Part shown: positions 20,655 through 30,121 of the stretch, in pieces
Layout: the number at the start of each line of letters is the position of its first letter
How positions within the stretch are numbered: position 1 is the stretch's first letter
Source of the DNA: an uncultured Chthonomonadaceae bacterium
Lineage (GTDB): Bacteria; Armatimonadota; Chthonomonadetes; Chthonomonadales; Chthonomonadaceae
Direction of reading: 5' to 3'
Length of the DNA stretch: 64,000 nt
NCBI GenBank assembly: GCA_963817895.1
Contig: CAWFQB010000005.1
Span: forward strand, 768,001-832,000
Notes under the pieces: model-generated
Told to the model about the DNA's origin: nothing
The model's input: the letters and a program-made list of their open reading frames with translations, nothing else
Databases searched by the model: none
Translations under genes and position numbers: made by a program

Positions 20655-20696
20655 TATTCTCAATATGATTATATTCTCAATTTTGGGATTAGTCAA
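20655..20696 (-). promoter_or_regulatory. Sigma-70 promoter overlapped by duplicated operator-like repeats
   Basis: Minus strand TTGACT-N17-TATAAT; TATTCTCAAT occurs at 20655 and 20672. Confidence 0.7.
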
Positions 20697-20730
20697 GGCG
20701 CAGGATAAAATTTATCGCGCGAAGCCGCAT

Positions 20731-22860
20731 TTACTTTGGCGTGGGGAGGTTCTTGTCCGGCAGGGGATTGTAGTTTGGAGGCAACGTAACCCGAACCAGC
20801 GCCCATTCGCCGTTCGGTCCACGCTGCTGGAGAATATGGGCAGATGCGCCCGGAACCCCGCCGATTTCCGGCGTCAGCAGGCGCGTATAAGCATTGTAGG
20901 TAAGGACAACATCGGCTTCTCGACCACCCGGCGGCACACAGCGGACGAGAAACGGCAGCAGCGGAACCTCCTTGTGTTCAAACGGAGCATACCCGGCATA
21001 GAAATTCATGCTTGGACGGCGCGGAATGATATTGAAATACACAACCGGTATTCCCTGCGCGGCATCCGAACGCGCATCCCTCGCCACCTGCTGATATGGC
21101 CCCAACACGCTGTTATGAAGAACCCCATACCCCTCGCTTCCCAAAATCGCAACCACAACGCCCATCATGGCGATCAATGCGCCAATGCCTGTTAGTGGTT
21201 GGTGGTTGGTGGTTGGTGGTTGGTTTCTGGTAATTAAGGCTGTATTCGGAACGCCCAATGCCTGTCTCTCAACATCGGCTTTGCGGAAGCAGAACCAGGC
21301 GAGGGCGCTTCCGAGCGTCAGGGTGAGGGCGAGATGCCAGGCCAGCGGAATGACGCCAACCGGCAAAGGGGCGTTGGGCGGAACGAAGCGCGGCGCGATT
21401 GGCAACGCGCAAAGCAGCAGTAGCCCGATGAACAAAGCGCATAACGCGCCGCGCCGCAGCGAACGACCGGAATTCAGGGGTTGCTTCCGCTCCTGCTCTT
21501 CTTGTCCCTGCCCGCTTAATACAGCATCCAGCCAACGCCCTACCAGCAGCGCGGCGGCAGGATACGCGGGCGCAATATACGTCGGCAATTTCGCCGCCCC
21601 CAAACTGAAAAACACAAACAGCGTCCAGAACCAGGTGAGGAGAAAGGAGGAAGGAGGAAGGATGAAGGATGAATCCTCCCCCTCTCGTATCTCGTATCTC
21701 GTATCTCGTATTTTCTCCTCTTCTCCTTTTCTCCTCTTCTCCTTTTCTTCTTTTCTGTTCCGAAACGCGGCGGGGGTGAAACCGGCCCAGGGGAAGAAGA
21801 ACAGAAGGAAGTAGACGAAATAGGTGGGCAGCGGCTGATTGTGAACCGTATCCAGACCTTTGAAGCGCCCGATATGCTGGCGCTGAATATATTCCATAAC
21901 CCATGTGCGCCCCTGCGCGTCGCGTTCCGGGCTGCCGACAATCCGCAAATGCCAGGGCGCGGCAACAACCAGCAACAGCAGCAGGCCAACAAAGGGCCGC
22001 AACCGCCGAACGCCTGCCCAAACACGATGCAAAGGATGTAGTTTCAGGGCAAACCGCAGGCGTGGGCCGAGGGGAGTTTTCCAACGCGCCCGCAGCATAA
22101 GCCGATCCAGCGTCAGGTAAACGCCGATAATCAAGAGCGGCAGCAGCAGGCCGACAATGCCTTTTGTCAGGATTGCCAGCGCGGAGAAAAGCCAGAAGAA
22201 GATACGAGATACGAGATACGAGATACGAGAAGCATGTACATTGCCTCGTATCTCGTATCTCGTATCTCGCGCCTGAACTTCCCAGAAGCAGAACAGGGCG
22301 AGGGTGAACCATAATACGAGCAGGCCGTCTGTTGTCATCTGGCGGGCATCTACGAGCGTCATCGGGTTGGCAGCGAATATGGCTCCGGCGAATAAACCGG
22401 CGCGGCGGGTAAATCGGCGGTGTCCGAACAGCGCGATTGCAAATGTCGTGAGCAGAGCGGCCAGAGCCGCAGGCAGACGCGCGGCCCACAGGTTTCGTCC
22501 GAATACGCGCATAGAACCCGCTGACGCCCAGTAGACCAGAGTCGGTTTTTCAAAAAAGGGAATTGCCGTTACGCCCGGACGCTCCGGCTGGCGCGTGTTG
22601 ATACGGGGCGTGACCCAATCGTCCGATACCACCATCTGCTGGGCGCAGGTCACGTACAGCGCCTCGTCAAGATCGAACAGCGGCGCATCGCCCAATCGCC
22701 AGAAAAACAGGAACAGACACAGGGCCAGAAGGCCGAGTTCCAGTTGCCAGTCGCGTACCCGGTGAAAAAGGCTCCCGCGCTCCGGCGCTGAAATAGAATC
22801 GGCCTGTTGGTTTGCTCCGTTAGTGGCGGAGGAGGGTGAATTCAACATAGTGTGGTACAC
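20731..22860 (-). CDS. ArnT/PMT family (GT-C) glycosyltransferase
   Basis: LFDLDEALY, FFEKPTLVYW, AARLPAAL, LTKGIVGLLLP, KLPTYIAPAYP; many TM helices. Confidence 0.9.
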   Translation of the reverse strand: MYHTMLNSPSSATNGANQQADSISAPERGSLFHRVRDWQLELGLLALCLFLFFWRLGDAPLFDLDEALYVTCAQQMVVSDDWVTPRINTRQPERPGVTAIPFFEKPTLVYWASAGSMRVFGRNLWAARLPAALAALLTTFAIALFGHRRFTRRAGLFAGAIFAANPMTLVDARQMTTDGLLVLWFTLALFCFWEVQARDTRYEIRGNVHASRISYLVSRIFFWLFSALAILTKGIVGLLLPLLIIGVYLTLDRLMLRARWKTPLGPRLRFALKLHPLHRVWAGVRRLRPFVGLLLLLVVAAPWHLRIVGSPERDAQGRTWVMEYIQRQHIGRFKGLDTVHNQPLPTYFVYFLLFFFPWAGFTPAAFRNRKEEKEKRRKGEEEKIRDTRYEIREGEDSSFILPPSSFLLTWFWTLFVFFSLGAAKLPTYIAPAYPAAALLVGRWLDAVLSGQGQEEQERKQPLNSGRSLRRGALCALFIGLLLLCALPIAPRFVPPNAPLPVGVIPLAWHLALTLTLGSALAWFCFRKADVERQALGVPNTALITRNQPPTTNHQPLTGIGALIAMMGVVVAILGSEGYGVLHNSVLGPYQQVARDARSDAAQGIPVVYFNIIPRRPSMNFYAGYAPFEHKEVPLLPFLVRCVPPGGREADVVLTYNAYTRLLTPEIGGVPGASAHILQQRGPNGEWALVRVTLPPNYNPLPDKNLPTPK

Positions 22861-22931
22861 TCAAACATCACAAACACACAGGCAACGTTCCGAGTCAATC
22901 GTCGAAACTTCGGAAACCCGCCCGAGGAGAT

Positions 22932-23741
22932 ATGAAAGCGCGAGGAGCGGAAAACCGGGATGAAAACGGAATTTTGAGGACAGCACAGGTGCAGCAGGAA
23001 GCAGAATACAGGAAGACAAAATTTGCCCCGCGTTGGATGCGCGCGCGCGCGTTTACGCTGATGGAAATGCTGGTGGCGCTCGCCGTGATTGCGCTGTTCG
23101 CGGTGATTGTCGTGCCTGCCCTGACGCGGGCGCATCGCAACGCGAATCGCGCGACATGCTTCAACAACATTCATCAGTGCGGGCTTGCCGTCAGCATGTA
23201 CATCGAAGATTACGACAATGTGTTTCCCACGTACCGCGTAGATACCCACTACGCGGCGCAGCCCGAATCCCTGCTGGAATGGCACGACGCTTTTTGCCGC
23301 GCGGCGGGCGGGCAGCCCGATCAAATCTCCTGGGTGTCCCTCACGCGCCCTTATGCCAGCGCCCGCAACCGCGCTTTACAGTCCTCCACAGCCAACAGCG
23401 GCATGGATGTCTACTACTGCCCGGAAGACGACGCGCGCAATGCCGCCGCAACCTCCTACGAGTTCAAGATGCTGCTGGCGACCGGCCTCCCCTTATCCCA
23501 GGTTCACTCCCTAGCGGCGACAACCCTGCTCTGGGAACAGTGGGCTTTTCACGGCGAAACCGTGCTATCCGAGTACGACCGCCGCGCCGAAATGAACATG
23601 GTGTTTGTGGACGGCCATACCGCCTGGGTACGATTGTCCAACACCACGAACGCGCTTTACAGCAAAGGCCCCGACCTGCACTGGCTCCCCTCCGACCCGG
23701 CCACCCCTGCCCAGTACCGGGAAGAGGATGTAGCATATTGA
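22932..23741 (+). CDS. Prepilin-type N-terminal cleavage/methylation protein with C-terminal H-X-DG motif (DUF1559-like)
   Basis: RAFTLMEMLVALAVIALFAVIVVP, CFNNIHQCGLAVSMY, NMVFVDGH; start uncertain. Confidence 0.85.
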   Translation: MKARGAENRDENGILRTAQVQQEAEYRKTKFAPRWMRARAFTLMEMLVALAVIALFAVIVVPALTRAHRNANRATCFNNIHQCGLAVSMYIEDYDNVFPTYRVDTHYAAQPESLLEWHDAFCRAAGGQPDQISWVSLTRPYASARNRALQSSTANSGMDVYYCPEDDARNAAATSYEFKMLLATGLPLSQVHSLAATTLLWEQWAFHGETVLSEYDRRAEMNMVFVDGHTAWVRLSNTTNALYSKGPDLHWLPSDPATPAQYREEDVAY

Positions 23742-23804
23742 GGAAGATACGAGATACGAGATACGAGTAATACAGTGCTTCTCGTATCTCGTATCTCGTA
23801 TCTT
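23742..23804. repeat. Heptamer inverted repeat (GATACGA)n / (TCGTATC)n between convergent genes
   Basis: gaagatacgagatacgagatacgag ... ctcgtatctcgtatctcgtatcttc. Confidence 0.9.
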
Positions 23805-24602
23805 CTACTCCCCCTTGTCCTCCGTCGCGTGGGCCGCGTTGATTGCCAGGTTGCGACCCGTGCCGATTGGCTCGGACAGCAGCAGGCCGAAGCCGACGGT
23901 GTTTGATTCCCACCCGTACATGCCTACATCCGCGCTGTTGCGGAGATGAAAGGTCCGATTGCCGATGGGCAGTTCCGACGTGCGGGCAAATACTGTACTT
24001 GCGGGGACAAGGTAAACGGCGGCCAGTCCCTGTGGAGTGCGGTATAACAGCCGTCCGACGAATTGTTGCGGCGCGGCGATGACATCCGCGCCCAGCAGTT
24101 CTCCATGCGAAAGTGTCAGGCTCACGGGCGGCAGTTCGGCGTGGAGATTGTCGCGCAGCCAGCGCGCGGCCTTATCGGGATCGTCCGTGCGGTAGGAGGG
24201 GATAACCGCGTGCGCCTGCGCTGACCGGAAGTTGCTCAATACGGCCTCTATGGGAAATTCCTGCGCGGGCGCAAGATTGGCCCACACCGCGCTCAACAAA
24301 AACACCATCATGCTGCTTCCCGCCAGCGCCCAGCGCAGCCGGCTTCTGCGCGTTTGCTGCGCGTCCCGTATATTCCACGCTGTGGAAGCGCGTTCCCACA
24401 GAGGAGCGGGTGGCATTAACTTCCTGTCGCGGGCAGCCAGCAGGCGCAGTTGGTGGCGCATAGCCGCCTGTTCCCGCGCCAATCGGCTACAGGACGCGCA
24501 AACGTCCAGATGCGCCTTGACCCTGCCCCGCGTTTTGGCGTCGCCCTGTTCGGCGACGAAATCCGCCAGATGCGTTTCCACTTCTTTACACGCAAAATTC
24601 AC
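23805..24602 (-). CDS. Zinc-finger (zf-HC2) transmembrane anti-sigma factor
   Basis: N-terminal Cys plus HLDVCASC, single TM helix, downstream of an ECF sigma. Confidence 0.88.
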   Translation of the reverse strand: MNFACKEVETHLADFVAEQGDAKTRGRVKAHLDVCASCSRLAREQAAMRHQLRLLAARDRKLMPPAPLWERASTAWNIRDAQQTRRSRLRWALAGSSMMVFLLSAVWANLAPAQEFPIEAVLSNFRSAQAHAVIPSYRTDDPDKAARWLRDNLHAELPPVSLTLSHGELLGADVIAAPQQFVGRLLYRTPQGLAAVYLVPASTVFARTSELPIGNRTFHLRNSADVGMYGWESNTVGFGLLLSEPIGTGRNLAINAAHATEDKGE

Positions 24603-24871
24603 GCGGCTGTCCTTCTCTACGGTAGGTGTTCAGGTGTTCAGGAAAATGCTGAATGTTAAGAGATAAACGAAGTTTTCACTATTGAACACTTTTCGCCGGG
24701 TATTGAAAATACCCGTCTGGGTGGCGTTCCGCCAGGCGTCCTTCGGACGCGAAAAACTGTAAACAAAGAATTGCGTCCGTAGGAGGACATAACATGTTAT
24801 GTCCCTACGTCGCAGGCCATGTAGACAGAGGTTTTCAACCCCTGACAAAATATGTGCAGATTTATCCTTTG

Positions 24872-25463
24872 TCATTGCCGCCGAAGGGCGGGTTGCGGTT
24901 CCAATGCGGCGCGCAGGTGCGAACGCCCGCGAAACACGCGGGAACGCACGGTTCCTATCGGGACATGCAGGGCTTCCGCCGCCTGCTGATAGGAGAGTTC
25001 TTCTAAATCCACCAGAATAATCGCAAGGCGGAACTCTTCGGGCAGACTGTCCAGCGCGCCCTGCAACCGTTCATCCAGAACCTGCGTCATCATGGCGGTC
25101 AACAGGGTCGTGTTCGGCATCGGGGTCGGCATGTTCCCAGGCATGGCCCTGCGCGGACGCCATCGCGTAATTCGCGGTAACGGGGCGGCGGCGGGCGCGT
25201 TCACAATCGTTGAGATACGTATGTGTCAGTATAGTAAACAGCCACGCGCGAAAGTTGGTTCCCGGCGTGAAGGATTCGTAGCGCTCATAAGCGCGAACCA
25301 GCGTATCCTGCGTTAAATCTTCCGCCCATTCCACCTGCCGCGTCAGACGCAGAGCCGCCTGATACAGCGGCGCAAAGTAGACCCGCGCCTGCTGCTCGAA
25401 CTGCCGTCTGGAATTGCCGACAAATAACCTCAACGCAAGCCTCGCTTCACCACACTGTGCCAA
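24872..25463 (-). CDS. ECF RNA polymerase sigma factor; frameshift near 25100; start uncertain
   Basis: Region 2 AEDLTQDT..PGTNFRAWLFTIL in ORF 25071..25463; region 4 LSYQQAAEALHVPIGTVRSRVFRGR in ORF 24872..25204. Confidence 0.88.
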
Positions 25464-25817
25464 TCTGTTCGCGCGCCTACCTGCAATACTGCCATTTCCC
25501 GCTTTGAGTTAACACCCTGCCGATGTTAAAACTCGCCCCGTTGCGCAACCCTGCGCAACGGGCGCGGAAAAGTCGTCTCCTAATCTTTATTATAGCATTT
25601 TCCTGCCTCACCTTCCCGCGCTTTCCCGCTTTATCTTTTCAAATTATTCTGTTTCTATTGTGTTTACCCCGCTCGATTGCCGGTTTGGGTTCCACCCTGA
25701 CAACCGCTTCTTTTTCCCCTATCCTTGCGGGGAATGTCCGCCGCCTCCCTGACCAATACTATTCTCGTTCGACCGCGCTTGTGCTAATCGCGGTCACAAT
25801 CGCATCTAAACGGTTCC

Positions 25818-25967
25818 CACCGAACGGGCAAAGCCGGCGAAAGCCGGTGTCGCAAAGTTACGGACCTAACAGGAGGAAGAGAAAGGGAAAAGGGAAAAGT
25901 GGCATTGCTGTTACTTTCTCCTTTCTCCTTTCTCCTTCTCCTCACGGTCGCCGAACTGCCGAGTCGG
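25818..25967 (+). ncRNA. Cyclic di-GMP-I (GEMM) riboswitch with 72-nt hairpin insert
   Basis: GGGCAAAGCCGGC-GAAA-GCCGGTGTCGCAAAGTTACGGACCTAA ... CACGGTCGCCGAACTGCCGA matches the GEMM consensus; directly upstream of the RBS of a PEP-CTERM gene. Confidence 0.85.
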
Positions 25968-25992
25968 AGCATGTCAGTAAGGAGCCTTAACC

Positions 25993-26718
25993 GTGCGAAA
26001 ATTAAACTCTCTGTTTGCCGTTCTTGCTTTGTCCGGGGTTGCCGTCAGCGCGCAGGCGCAGATAACAATGAAGACTTCCAGCCGCATCAGCGGCGGGTAT
26101 GGAATCAACTTCACCTACAATAATGTGGCGGGAAGCACGTCCTATGCGGGGCCGTTCGCGACAACCGTACTCGGGCCGGGGATTGGGTACAACAATTTCG
26201 ACTCGTACTGCGTTGATTTGTCGCATGGGCTTTTGCCTGCGGAAACCATTACGCCAAAGGACATCAAGGCGGCATTACCAACCAGCGGCGCTCAGGTTGC
26301 CTATCTGTACGATACGTTTGTGGGCAGCGTGGGCAACGACGCCGTGAAAGGAGCAGCCCTTCAGATCGCTATATGGGAAGTAGAATATGACTATACGGGC
26401 AGTGGCGTCACTCACGGCATTGACCTGAATGACGGCGCGTTTAAGTTCACCAGTGTCAGGGGAGATGACGCCGGCGGCACGGAATACAACAACATTCTGG
26501 CGCAACTGACCAATACCGGACACACGGGCTATCTGGATAACGTGCCAACGAGTTTCAGCGGCACGGCAAAGTTTCTGGAGGCAAATCACCCAACGGGCAA
26601 TACAGGGCAGAGTCTTATCGGTCCGGCCAATGTTCCCGAACCGGGCATGGTCAGCCTGATGGCTTCCAGTCTCGTCGGCATGAGCGCGTTCGCCCTGCGC
26701 CGACGCCGCAAAGCCTGA
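25993..26718 (+). CDS. PEP-CTERM sorting domain protein
   Basis: Signal peptide, SYCVDL, ALQIAIWE, VPEPGMVSLMASSLVGMSAFALRRRRK; AAGGAG RBS. Confidence 0.92.
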   Translation: MRKLNSLFAVLALSGVAVSAQAQITMKTSSRISGGYGINFTYNNVAGSTSYAGPFATTVLGPGIGYNNFDSYCVDLSHGLLPAETITPKDIKAALPTSGAQVAYLYDTFVGSVGNDAVKGAALQIAIWEVEYDYTGSGVTHGIDLNDGAFKFTSVRGDDAGGTEYNNILAQLTNTGHTGYLDNVPTSFSGTAKFLEANHPTGNTGQSLIGPANVPEPGMVSLMASSLVGMSAFALRRRRKA

Positions 26719-26785
26719 TTATCACGAACATATCACGAACGCGTCATTGAGCAACTCGCTAATAATTCACTAACAACAGGCTCCA

Positions 26786-27012
26786 ACCGAACGGGCAAAG
26801 CCGGCGAAAGCCGGTGTCGCAAAGTTACGGACCTAACGGGAAAAGGATGAGGGATGAAGGAGGAAGGATGAAGAGGATGCTCTCTTCTCCTCAACCTTGC
26901 GCGGCAGACCGGAAAACTTCCGCAAAAAGGAAACAGGAAACAGACAGGCATTGTCTTCCTCCTTCCTCCTTCATCCCTCATCCTTTGCCTCACGGTCGCC
27001 GAACTGCCGAAA
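26786..27012 (+). ncRNA. Second cyclic di-GMP-I riboswitch with 153-nt hairpin insert
   Basis: The 51-nt 5' block (26787-26837) and 23-nt 3' block (26988-27010) are identical to the first copy. Confidence 0.83.
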
Positions 27013-27068
27013 GGACCGTCACCCTGTCGGCGCAGCATATCCCTGCGCCGACATCGAGGAAAAGAGCC

Positions 27069-28475
27069 ATTTTTATCACGAATAGCATCACAACGGCGCG
27101 GCAATGGAATGCGCGTCGAGGCAGCGCGTCTCGTTTCGGTGGTTTGCGCGCGCTGTTTTCCCTTGCGGCGGTTGCCGGAATGACCCTGCTTGCGCCCATT
27201 TGCGCAAACGCGGATGTAAACAGCACCAGCATTTCAGGGCGCGTAGTCAATGATGCCAATGGAAACGGCAGCATTGACGCCGGGGAAATATTCCTGGCAG
27301 GCGTTCAGGTCAACCTGTACGACAGCGCGAACAATCTGGTCGCCACCGCTTACACGGGGCCGGGATCAGATCACACTTACACATTCAGCGGACTGACGCC
27401 GGGAACTTATACGGTCAAATTGCCAACGTTGCCGAGCGGTTACACAGCGACGAACGCCATTCCCGGCATGGAGGCGAGCGGGTTTGTCGTGGTCAGCAGC
27501 GGCCCGGTGGGAATGAAAGTCAGCAATACCGGTATTCAGGTACCCGCTCTGACGGATGGCGATATGTTCACGCCTAACGACTTCCTGATTACGCAGCAGG
27601 CTCCGCCGCCACCCCCGCCTGCGCCGCAGCCGGTCAATATCTGCGGCGTGGTTTATCGGGACATTAATTGCAACGGAACGCTGCAATCGGGCGAACCGGG
27701 GCTTTCCGATGTAGAACTGCAACTGGTGGATGGCAACGGCAACATCGTCGCCACTGTGGATACCGACGTCAACGGCAACTACTGCTTTATGAATGAGCCG
27801 GTCGGCGCGTACACCATTCGGGAAACGGTTCCCTGCGGGCTGACTGCTGACAACGCCCTGCCGGGTACGGCGGCAACTGTGGTCAACTGCACAACCCTGA
27901 AAGTGGCGGCGACAACGGGAGGAACAAGCTATGTAAACGAAAACTTCTTGCTGTGCCTTGCGAAAAGCTGTTCGCCATTCGTCACGTTCACGCAGTGCGA
28001 ATATGGCACGCCCATCAACTGCTCGTGCCTGACCGCCTGGATAGACAAGTTTTATACCTGCCTGTATCCGAACGGTTTGACAGTGGGCCGGGGCAAGACC
28101 ATCACGTACAAAAAGGCGTGTGACATCGTGAACTTCCTGCCGCAGTGCGGGACACCGGGACAACTGACGCATACGTACATCAATCCGACATGCGCCACGG
28201 AAGCCGGAAGCCTTGCCGGGGAAGTGACCGCGCTGCAACTGAACACGGACATTTCCGACGCGGGCGCAACCCGCTGCGGACTGGCGGACTTGCAGGTGAC
28301 GTGCGGCCCGCTTTCCGGCTACACCGTCGCGCAGGTGCTGTATCTGGCGAACGGCGTGTTGGGCGGCACAAGCGCATTGCCTTCGGGCGTGTCGCTGTGC
28401 AGCCTGAACAACACCGTCGCCGCGATCAACAGCAACTTCTGGTGCGGCTGCTGGAATGGCGGATGCCTCCGTTAG
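27069..28475 (+). CDS. Secreted SdrD-B/Cna-B domain protein with Cys-rich C-terminal half (start uncertain, 27069-27180)
   Basis: Two SdrD-B-like domains (SISGRVVNDANGNG..GE, ICGVVYRDINCNG..GEPGL) separated by PPPPPAPQP; the first ~85 aa of the ORF track entry are translated riboswitch. Confidence 0.8.
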   Translation: MFITNSITTARQWNARRGSASRFGGLRALFSLAAVAGMTLLAPICANADVNSTSISGRVVNDANGNGSIDAGEIFLAGVQVNLYDSANNLVATAYTGPGSDHTYTFSGLTPGTYTVKLPTLPSGYTATNAIPGMEASGFVVVSSGPVGMKVSNTGIQVPALTDGDMFTPNDFLITQQAPPPPPPAPQPVNICGVVYRDINCNGTLQSGEPGLSDVELQLVDGNGNIVATVDTDVNGNYCFMNEPVGAYTIRETVPCGLTADNALPGTAATVVNCTTLKVAATTGGTSYVNENFLLCLAKSCSPFVTFTQCEYGTPINCSCLTAWIDKFYTCLYPNGLTVGRGKTITYKKACDIVNFLPQCGTPGQLTHTYINPTCATEAGSLAGEVTALQLNTDISDAGATRCGLADLQVTCGPLSGYTVAQVLYLANGVLGGTSALPSGVSLCSLNNTVAAINSNFWCGCWNGGCLR

Positions 28476-28595
28476 TGATTGGTGGTTGGTGGCTGGTCAA
28501 TTGTTGACAAAATTATCTATGTTCACCGATTTTCCGGCGAACACAGGTAAAATCTCTCAACATATTACCAATCACCAATCACCAACCACCAACCA
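28476..28595. repeat. Heptamer inverted repeat (GGTTGGT)n / (ACCAACC)n
   Basis: gtgattggtggttggtggctgg ... accaatcaccaatcaccaaccaccaaccac. Confidence 0.85.
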
Positions 28596-28613
28596 CTTTT
28601 CCTACAAGGAGAC

Positions 28614-29748
28614 TTGAAGCTCATGCGCGTCACCGACGACAATTTGAAACTGCTGGATACCACGTTTGGCGGCTATCTGGAAGGCGAGGCCGTCAACGCT
28701 TTTTTCGACACCTACGGCATCAACTTTTCCGCCGGTCACTGGTGCGCGGGCGGGTTCAGCGACCGCTTTTGCCGCACCTACTCGGAAGAGCCGCTGGACG
28801 AGAGCGCGGTGGGGCAGATTTCCCGCGTGGCGCAGGCGGGCATCAAGGGCGTGGAACTCAACAACGAGATGTTCCTGAGCGAAAACGGCAACACGCTGAC
28901 CATTGACGAGGCCAAAATCCGCGAAGTTCAGGACGCGCTGGCGCATTACAATCTGACGCCCACCAACATGAACACCAATATCTGGACGCGCGCCTATTAT
29001 CGCATGGGCGGCATCACCAACCCGGACGCGGCCCGGCGGAAGATGGGGCTGGAATACTGCCTGCAAACCGTCGAACTCGCCAAACGCCTCAACTGTCCGA
29101 GCGCGCAATTGTGGCCCGGTTCCGATGGGTGGGACTACCATTTCGAGGTGAATTACGGGCAGCAGTTGGACTGGTTCATTGACGGCTGCGTGGAAATCGC
29201 GAAGAAAGCGCAGAGTCTGGGCCTGAAGTTCGGCACAGAGGCCAAGCAGAAAGAGCCCCGCGAAGGCAACATGATCCTCAACACGACCGCCAAAGCCGCG
29301 CTTGTCGCCAAAACCGTCAATGAAACGGTCGGCGCGACGGTCATGGGCGTCGTGATCGACTACGGACACGAGCAGATGGTGGGCAATCAGCCCGCCGACA
29401 GCCTGTATCTGCTGAAGCGGATGCGGCGTTCCCATCGCCAACTTCCACATCAACGCCGCCAAATACAACAGCAACGACGAAGACCGCGTGACCGGCACCG
29501 ACGACATCTGGCGTCTGGCCGAGTTCTGCTACGCGGCCATTGATACGGGCTATGAGGGCTGGTTCGGCGAAGATCAGTTCACGTACCGCATGGAGCCGGT
29601 CAAGGCCATGTCGCTGTCCAAAGAACTGTTCGCCAACGCCATGAAAAAAGCCCTGAAAATCTATCAGGTGCGGGACAAACTGGCTGCCGCGCAGGAAACC
29701 GGCGACGCCGGCAACGTCATAGACGTCGTCAAGCGGATACTGAACTGA
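28614..29748 (+). CDS. Xylose-isomerase-like TIM-barrel sugar isomerase; frameshift near 29425
   Basis: WPGSDG, EAKQKEPRE, IDYGHEQM; continues in ORF 29488..29748 (GYEGWFGED). Confidence 0.8.
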
Positions 29749-29759
29749 GGATAGTTGAA

Positions 29760-30041
29760 GTGCGCGACACAGATAAAATCATTCGCGGTTCCGGCAATGT
29801 GTTTGCGGACTTAGGACTTCCCAATGCGGATGAGGAGCTGGCAAAGGCGAAACTGGCGCTGGCTATTCTGCGTCAAATCAAGTCGCGAGGCTTAACACAA
29901 ACAGAAGTTGCCGCGCTGATTGGTACCGACCGGGCGAAAGTCAATCAATTGCGGCGTGGTAAACTGTCCACCGTCACTTATGATCATCTGGTACGCATCC
30001 TGAGAGCATTGGGTTGTGATGAAATTATCAAAGACCGCTAA
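29760..30041 (+). CDS. XRE HTH antitoxin-like protein, no adjacent toxin
   Basis: GSGNVFADLGLPNA, LTQTEVAALIG; paralog of 9337..9657. Confidence 0.8.
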   Translation: MRDTDKIIRGSGNVFADLGLPNADEELAKAKLALAILRQIKSRGLTQTEVAALIGTDRAKVNQLRRGKLSTVTYDHLVRILRALGCDEIIKDR

Positions 30042-30076
30042 TCGCCTCAACGATTGTGCAGAATAACGATGAAAAT

Positions 30077-30106
30077 AAACCCCGCAACCATTGGCTGCGG
30101 GGTTTT
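30077..30106. terminator. Bidirectional terminator
   Basis: aaaccccgcaacca-t-tggctgcggggtttt between convergent genes. Confidence 0.75.
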
Positions 30107-30121
30107 GCGTACAACGTTCGG

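Noticed and set aside
26814..27068. N-terminal ~85 aa of ORF 26814..28475, and similar extensions on the GNAT, glyA, CocE and rpsL ORFs
   Set aside because: Translated riboswitch, repeat or leader sequence; better RBS-linked starts lie downstream
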